A stretch of DNA of 64,000 nucleotides from an uncultured Gammaproteobacteria bacterium (GTDB lineage: Bacteria > Patescibacteriota > Patescibacteriia > JAHIZJ01). Below are positions 58,091 to 64,000 of the stretch, in pieces. The notes under the pieces were generated by a model. The model was not told the DNA's origin and made no database searches. It saw only the letters and a program-made list of their open reading frames with translations. Made by a program: the position numbers and the translations under genes. Each line of letters begins with the position of its first letter. The first letter of the stretch is position 1. Location of the stretch: contig CAYJKP010000001.1 of NCBI GenBank assembly GCA_964371245.1, positions 379,042-443,041 on the forward strand, written 5' to 3'.

Positions 58091-59328
58091 GAAACGGTTA
58101 TCTCAAACAAAATTATCTCGCGCTCGGAAAACGCATAATCGTGGCGAAACACATCATCGCGACGTTTCGGATCGAATCAACATTGCCCTTGCGTGACAGC
58201 GCTCAAATCGTCGCCGGCGAATCATCGATTGGAACCTGGACAACCATTAAGACAATGAAGGCGGCAACGTTTCACCGTCTTTCTGCAAAAGTAATTCGTC
58301 TATTGCCAAAAGACAAGCTTGTACAGATTGCGTATCCTCTCGAGCTGTTCGAACCAGGAAACATACCGCAACTTTTATCGAGCATCGCTGGAAACATTTT
58401 TTCAATGAAGATCATTGACAAACTTCGCCTCGAGGATTTAAAAATGCCAGCAGCATATTTACATTCATTCCTTGGACCGGCGTATGGTATAGCCGGCGTT
58501 CGACGCTTGCTTAACGTAAGAGAACGGCCACTCATCGGGGCAATCATGAAGCCGAAAATGGGTTTGTCGTGGCGTGAACATGCGAAATATGCCGCTGAGT
58601 GTTTTCTCGGCGGCGCTGATCTCGTCAAGGACGATGAAAATTTAACTGATCAGACGTTTAATCCGTTTGAAAAAAGAGTTCGAGAGACGCTTCGACTGAC
58701 CAAGAAAATTGAAAAGGAAACCGGTGAGCGTAAAATGTGTGCGTTTAATATTACCGCACCAGCCGACGAGATGATTCGGCGGGCGCGCTTCATAAAGCGG
58801 TCTGGTGGCACCTGTGCGATGGTGGATATTATAACAGCGGGTTTCGCTGGCGTTCAAGCCGTGCGTCAGGCAAAGACCGGTCTGGTTATTCATGGGCATC
58901 GAGCCATGCATTCGGCTATGACCCGCGATCCAAAACATGGTATTTCAATGCTCGTGATAGCAAAATTGGCGCGCCTGGCCGGTATTGATCAACTCCATAC
59001 CGGTACGGTCGTTGGAAAAATGGAAGGTTCAGCGCGCGAGACAGTCGCTATTAATTCCTTTTTGAAATCAGCCTGGGGGAACATAAAACCGGTCATGCCA
59101 ATCGCCTCGGGCGGGCTCCACCCGCGGCTGGTGCCAAAATTATGTGATATTATTGGGCAGGACGTGATCATCAACTTTGGCGGCGGCATTCATGGCCATT
59201 CCGATGGAACGCAAGCTGGCGCTCGCGCGGTCAGACAGGCGGTTGAGGCAGTTGCGTCGCACCAACGCTTGACCGATTACGCGAAAACACATTTCGATTT
59301 ACAAAAGGCGCTACGCAACTGGAAATAA
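58087..59328 (+). CDS. rbcL: RuBisCO large subunit, form III-like
   Basis: AGESSIGTW, GNIF, KPKMG, KDDE, HGHRAMH, HTGT.VGKMEG, SGG, GGG.HGH: full catalytic set; no small subunit. Confidence 0.93.
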   Translation: MRNGYLKQNYLALGKRIIVAKHIIATFRIESTLPLRDSAQIVAGESSIGTWTTIKTMKAATFHRLSAKVIRLLPKDKLVQIAYPLELFEPGNIPQLLSSIAGNIFSMKIIDKLRLEDLKMPAAYLHSFLGPAYGIAGVRRLLNVRERPLIGAIMKPKMGLSWREHAKYAAECFLGGADLVKDDENLTDQTFNPFEKRVRETLRLTKKIEKETGERKMCAFNITAPADEMIRRARFIKRSGGTCAMVDIITAGFAGVQAVRQAKTGLVIHGHRAMHSAMTRDPKHGISMLVIAKLARLAGIDQLHTGTVVGKMEGSARETVAINSFLKSAWGNIKPVMPIASGGLHPRLVPKLCDIIGQDVIINFGGGIHGHSDGTQAGARAVRQAVEAVASHQRLTDYAKTHFDLQKALRNWK

Positions 59329-59335
59329 TGTACCC

Positions 59336-60829
59336 ATGCCGTTTTTCTTAAAAAGCAAAAAACTCGATTTCAAAGCAGAGGGAACGCTGGTCGCCGTGTT
59401 GCGCGAGTCAGAAGCGCGCAATTTTGGGGTTCAACCGGGCGATGATTTGGAAATACGGTGGGGCAAGCGCCGGATCATTGCCGAAGCCGATTTTACGAAT
59501 TCAAAAGTGCGGCCGGGCGAAATCGGACTGTTTCGTGAGATCTGGGAGGAATACCCGCTGCGCCAGCGTGAGATCGTGCAGGTAAAAGTACTCTCACGTC
59601 CCGCTTCGATCCAAGCCATTATAAAAAAGCTGCTTGGCAAAAGACTGTCATACAAGGAAATACATTCGATCATAAAAGATATTGTTGATCGCCGGCTCGG
59701 CCAAAGTGAAATCAGTTATTTCATCGCCAGCAGTTTCGCCCGGCATTATTCAGACGAAGAACTGTATTACCTGACGAAGGCAATGGCTGAAACGGGCGAG
59801 CAATTGAAGTTTTCGGGAAAAGTCGTCGATAAACATTCTGTGGGCGGATTGGCTGGGAATCGCACCTCCATGATCGTCGTGCCGATTGTCGCCTCGACCG
59901 GCCTAGTGATACCAAAAACCTCGTCACGCGCGGTCACCTCAGCCGCTGGCACAGCCGATACGATGGAGGTCTTGGCGCCTGTTGAGCATACCGTTCGGCG
60001 GATAACGAACTTTGTGAAGAAAAATAATTGTTGCTTGGTCTGGGGCGGTGAATTAAACGTCGCGCCCGCGGACGATCGAATTATCCGGGCGTCGCATCCG
60101 CTCGGTATCGAGCCCTACAATAAGATGATTGTCAGCATCATGGCCAAGAAAGTCGCCATGGGGATCAAGTATTTGATCATCGATATGCCGGTTGGGCCGA
60201 CCACGAAGATCCCGAATGTTAAGTTGGCCTGGGAGGTCGAGCGGAAATTCCTCTATCTCGGGAAACGATTTGGCATGAAAATAAAAGTCATGATGCGTGA
60301 AGCGCGAGAACCAGTCGGCCGCGGCGTCGGTCCGGCCTTGGAAGCGCGCGATGTTCTGCGCGTTTTGCAACGGCATCCCTTGCGGCCGCGTGACCTGGAA
60401 CGGAAGTCGATCGCGCTAGCCGGCGAACTCTTAGAATTGTGCGGTAAGTGCCGAGCCGGAAAAGGCCGAACGGTTGCCTATCAAATTTTAGATTCTGGTC
60501 GTGCCTGGAAAAAGATGCAAAAGATTATCGAGCTTCAAGGCGGGAATCCGAATATAAAAGCCGACCGCGTAACCTTGGGTGCGTATAAAAAAAGATATTA
60601 TGCCGCCCGGAGCGGAACGTTAGAAGATATCGATGATGCGGTGATTGATGATGTTGCCCGCTTCCTTGGCGCGCCCGAAGAAAAACTTGCCGGGCTGCAT
60701 TTGCATCAGCGCATCGGAAACAAAATCAAAAAAGGCGATCCAACGTACACAATTTACGCGCAAAGCACCGAGCGACTCCAGCTGGCGATCCAAGCCCTGC
60801 GTAAAATAAAAATATTCACCATCCGATAA
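59336..60829 (+). CDS. deoA: AMP/thymidine phosphorylase
   Basis: DKHSVGGLAGNRT, PKTSSRAVTSAAGTADTMEVLAPV, SIMAKK, GRGVGPALEARDVL; N-terminal extension typical of AMP phosphorylase. Confidence 0.9.
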   Translation: MPFFLKSKKLDFKAEGTLVAVLRESEARNFGVQPGDDLEIRWGKRRIIAEADFTNSKVRPGEIGLFREIWEEYPLRQREIVQVKVLSRPASIQAIIKKLLGKRLSYKEIHSIIKDIVDRRLGQSEISYFIASSFARHYSDEELYYLTKAMAETGEQLKFSGKVVDKHSVGGLAGNRTSMIVVPIVASTGLVIPKTSSRAVTSAAGTADTMEVLAPVEHTVRRITNFVKKNNCCLVWGGELNVAPADDRIIRASHPLGIEPYNKMIVSIMAKKVAMGIKYLIIDMPVGPTTKIPNVKLAWEVERKFLYLGKRFGMKIKVMMREAREPVGRGVGPALEARDVLRVLQRHPLRPRDLERKSIALAGELLELCGKCRAGKGRTVAYQILDSGRAWKKMQKIIELQGGNPNIKADRVTLGAYKKRYYAARSGTLEDIDDAVIDDVARFLGAPEEKLAGLHLHQRIGNKIKKGDPTYTIYAQSTERLQLAIQALRKIKIFTIR

Positions 60830-60991
60830 ATGGACCAAAAGCTTGATTCGCGATCACTTGAACTCGAACGCCGAAAACATCGGAGTCGTTTGATGTATAT
60901 CGCCGGAATCGGTTGCCTGGCACTGCTCGTGATCCTCGTCGCGTTAGTGGTTATATTTTTTAATTTGATTGTCGAAGTGCTATCGAAATAA
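60830..60991 (+). CDS. 53-aa single-TM microprotein (not in ORF track)
   Basis: MDQKLDSRSLELERRKHRSRLMYIAGIGCLALLVILVALVVIFFNLIVEVLSK; starts immediately after the deoA stop. Confidence 0.55.
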   Translation: MDQKLDSRSLELERRKHRSRLMYIAGIGCLALLVILVALVVIFFNLIVEVLSK

Positions 60992-61010
60992 CGAGATAAA
61001 TTCTGAGTTC

Positions 61011-61985
61011 ATGGAAAATATTCATAATACACCGCTCGTATCAGTTATCATCCCGGTCTATAACGCCGAAAAATTTATTGGTCAGACAATAACGGCGCTC
61101 TTACAACAATCCTATAGCAATATCGAGCTGCTTATTATCGATGACGCCTCAACTGATCGAACCGTAGAGGCCATTGAAAAATATCAGGCCCGTGATCGGC
61201 GCATTAAAATTTACAAACATGCGCAAAACACGGGCCAGGTGGTCAGCCGCAATGAAGCGCTACGCACAGCCACTGGAAAATATGTTGCCATCAACGACCA
61301 TGACGATATCTCGCTGCCGAACCGGTTCCGTGACCAGGTGGCGTATTTGGAAAGTCATCCTGATATATTTCTTGTTGCTTCGATCGCAGACCGGATTGAT
61401 GACTCTGGACATGTTGTTGATTCTGTTAGACCGCCGTTGGATCACGAAACCATTGCGCAACAATTGTTGCAAAGAAATATTTTCATTCACTCAAGCGTGA
61501 TGTACCGCAATGATCCGGGAAATATTTTTTACCGACCGAAAATGCACTTTGTCGATGATTACGATTTACTGTTGCGACTGCTGACGCAAAAGAAGAAGTT
61601 TGCATGCCTGCCGCAGACCCTTATCCAATATCGTTCCGGAGCCAATACGCAGACGCTGCGTAATTTAGGAAAAGTGGAAATGTTTGCAGAAAAAGCGCGT
61701 CAGTTTTATCGCGAAAGACAAGAAAACGGACAGGATACGTATGAATCATTCCAGTCTGAGGCCATCCTTGCGCTGGATCCGGAAAACACTGATAATCCAA
61801 CGATCCTGCGGGGAGAAATACAGTCGGCCTTTCGGCTGAACCGATTTTCGAGAGTACGGATAATGTGTCGAAGATTTTTCAAGAAAAACGGATTATTCAA
61901 TAAAATGCTGCTCTATTACATTGCCAGCTATTTTCCGAAATTCGCCATTTCGGGTTTGAGAAAAAGAAAAGGAACGAAAAGCTAG
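61011..61985 (+). CDS. Glycosyltransferase family 2
   Basis: VSVIIPVYNAE, IIDDASTD, DHDD, HSSVMYR, DYDL.LR. Confidence 0.92.
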   Translation: MENIHNTPLVSVIIPVYNAEKFIGQTITALLQQSYSNIELLIIDDASTDRTVEAIEKYQARDRRIKIYKHAQNTGQVVSRNEALRTATGKYVAINDHDDISLPNRFRDQVAYLESHPDIFLVASIADRIDDSGHVVDSVRPPLDHETIAQQLLQRNIFIHSSVMYRNDPGNIFYRPKMHFVDDYDLLLRLLTQKKKFACLPQTLIQYRSGANTQTLRNLGKVEMFAEKARQFYRERQENGQDTYESFQSEAILALDPENTDNPTILRGEIQSAFRLNRFSRVRIMCRRFFKKNGLFNKMLLYYIASYFPKFAISGLRKRKGTKS

Positions 61986-62175
61986 AACTCGAGAGAATTG
62001 GCCAATATATTGTTCGTAATCGTCTTGTAATTCATAAGAAAATAAACTAAAGTAAACAGACTCTTAAGTCTGTTCTTTTGTCGTTACGAAGCCTTGACAA
62101 GATTAAACTAGTATGCTAGTATATTATGTTTTTAAGACAATTTAGCTATTAAATTTAGTTTGTTAACAGAACACT

Positions 62176-63090
62176 ATGAATTATTTAGCGAAGATCAAGC
62201 AAAATTGGCTAATGATAACGCTTGTATCGGTTACGACGCTGGCCTTAGCCGTGATATTTACGTTTGTACAGCCGTTCGAATACCGGTCGTCTTTTTCATT
62301 GCTTGTCATTGAAAAGGATCCGAATCTCGACGCGTATTCTGCGGCCAAATCAGCTGAACGTTTGAGCGTTTCGCTTGGCCAAATGATTTACACAACCTCG
62401 TTTTACGATAAGGTTGTGAATTCAGGCTACCTGAGTTCCGATATAAAATTTCCGCAAGACGAAATCAAGCGTCGCGAGCAATGGAAACGGCAGATTGAAA
62501 CCCGCGTTTCACCGGATATCGGAGTAATAAAGATGGCGGTATATAATCAAAACCGTTCTCAAGCGGAAAGCCTGTCTAATGCCATCGCCATGGTCTTGTC
62601 TGAGAATGGCACTGAGTATCTCGGCGGCGGAAATTCAATCGTCTTGAAAATCGTTGATTATCCGACCACGAGCAATCAACCGGTCCGGCCGAACATCGCC
62701 TTGAATCTGGCCGCCGGTATCTTACTTGGATTGGGTGGCTCAATCGGCTACTCGGTGCTTCTCGCCATGCGATCAAAAAATCAAGAAACGGTTCCGTTGA
62801 CTTCCAACAGTACACCTTCTGAAGTGGTACCTGAACAACCGTTCGAACAGCCACTGCCGGTTGAGAATAATTTCATGTTTCAAGAATATGTACCAAAATC
62901 ACAACCGCTCGAACCGATAAACGAAATCACTCCAGAAACCGTTCGACAGAGCAAGCCGATTGCGCCGAATGAAGATACAGGCAATACGAAAATTCGAACG
63001 ATCTACGACCATCTGAAGGATACGCCGGAAACGGTTCCAGGACAACCGGTTTGGAACGGTCCAGAAGAAGAATTTCAAAATTTCGAATAA
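62176..63090 (+). CDS. Wzz/CapA-like polysaccharide chain-length determinant
   Basis: Two TMs flanking a periplasmic loop; PV.PN..LN...G..LG motif; TTGACA...TAGTAT promoter upstream. Confidence 0.75.
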   Translation: MNYLAKIKQNWLMITLVSVTTLALAVIFTFVQPFEYRSSFSLLVIEKDPNLDAYSAAKSAERLSVSLGQMIYTTSFYDKVVNSGYLSSDIKFPQDEIKRREQWKRQIETRVSPDIGVIKMAVYNQNRSQAESLSNAIAMVLSENGTEYLGGGNSIVLKIVDYPTTSNQPVRPNIALNLAAGILLGLGGSIGYSVLLAMRSKNQETVPLTSNSTPSEVVPEQPFEQPLPVENNFMFQEYVPKSQPLEPINEITPETVRQSKPIAPNEDTGNTKIRTIYDHLKDTPETVPGQPVWNGPEEEFQNFE

Positions 63091-63298
63091 GGCAAACCTC
63101 GCAAGAGGTCTTGCCACGTTTAGGACGATGCGAATCGTACTGGACGTGTGAGCTCTCTTGCAAGTGGTAGGAAGCGACAGCGCAAGCTCACTGATGCAAA
63201 TTGACATTTTATCTACGGATCCAAGTCACTGGTTCTACAGATAGAGCTAACCAAACGGCATACACAGTCTCACGGTTTGAAAAGGGGAGGATTCGGTC

Positions 63299-64000
63299 AT
63301 GAAGCAGCTCACGGTTCTGTTGTTCGTCTGCGCGCTGGTCTTTTCGGCCAATGCGCTGGCTCAGTGCACTCAGCCCCCGGTGGGCACCGTTATCAACCTG
63401 AAGACCGTGAGCTTGCCGAATGGCAGGAACACGGTTGACGTGGGCGTTCTGGTGAACGACCGCGTGGTCAGGATACCGGTGCCCAAGGCCACAGACTTCT
63501 GCGTCGAACAGACCGGAAAGGACGCCTTCTGGGTGAAGTACCGGGTCTTGGCCTACTGCGACTCGACCAACTGGGTCGCCGTCCAGGATACCAAGCTCGA
63601 GCTGAAACGCTCGGAGAAGCAGCCGGAACCTATCCGGTTGCCGCCCACCAGAGTCGTCAAGCCGGGTGAAGGCTGGAAAACCCTCTCGAAGGAGCTGGGA
63701 GTTCCGGCCGACACTCTTCGCGCCTGGAATGGCCTTGAACGACGGCACGTTTTGCCTGGCGAGCACATCTTCACTGCTGCGCCGGCTGATAAGACCGTCA
63801 TCAGGCGATGGGAGTTTCTCAAGGGAGCCCCGGCGAAGAAAAAGCTAATCAAGCAGATCGAGGACCCGAGGGTACCCGTCCCGGAGTACGTGAAGAATGA
63901 GTGGAAGAGCTTGATCGAGGCATCGCGCCCCGACACCGTTCGCATGTACAGCACGCCGGAACATCCACTCTTCCACGACTTCATCTGCTACGGCGATGAC
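63299..64000 (+). CDS. Secreted LysM-domain protein (3'-truncated; absent from ORF track)
   Basis: SD GGGGAGGA; signal peptide MKQLTVLLFVCALVFSANALA; VVKPGEGWKTLSKELGVPADTLRAWNGL...VLPGEHI LysM; frame open to the window end. Confidence 0.75.
   Translation, partial: MKQLTVLLFVCALVFSANALAQCTQPPVGTVINLKTVSLPNGRNTVDVGVLVNDRVVRIPVPKATDFCVEQTGKDAFWVKYRVLAYCDSTNWVAVQDTKLELKRSEKQPEPIRLPPTRVVKPGEGWKTLSKELGVPADTLRAWNGLERRHVLPGEHIFTAAPADKTVIRRWEFLKGAPAKKKLIKQIEDPRVPVPEYVKNEWKSLIEASRPDTVRMYSTPEHPLFHDFICYGDD

Noticed and set aside
58087-59328. RuBisCO-like protein (form IV) or Calvin cycle
   Set aside because: Catalytic residues are intact and the neighbours are AMP-pathway genes; no rbcS or PRK is present.

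Overview
This 64-kb window is chromosomal DNA, most likely from a Patescibacteria/CPR bacterium. That assignment is an inference from the archaeal-type PyrH, the form III-like RuBisCO AMP pathway, FG-GAP surface proteins, a direct-repeat LexA box and mostly SD-less genes. The window holds housekeeping genes (uppS, rarA, mutM, uppP, pcm, mltG, pyrH, rplJ-rplL with an L10 leader, secA, comEC, tRNA-Asp). It also holds a NUDIX/VOC/PgeF cluster, a giant LPXTG adhesin with its sortase, a low-GC three-gene island, a two-component system directly upstream of R15P isomerase-RuBisCO-AMP phosphorylase, and several high-GC ORFans with their own promoters. The most unusual region is the SOS cassette at 49-53 kb. 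On the minus strand, a LexA-box promoter is followed by a four-helix-bundle gene enclosed in heptamer-repeat inverted arms, lexA, an ORF-less copy of the same arms, a small SOS protein and dinB. Between the last two genes lies about 1.3 kb with no credible protein gene. It contains two opposite-strand transcription units (about 670 and 295 nt) with homologous sigma70 promoters, homologous purine-rich 5' strands, long-range closing helices, dense internal helices and intrinsic terminators. These are candidate novel large structured ncRNAs. All folds were read by eye, and no searches or computations were run.
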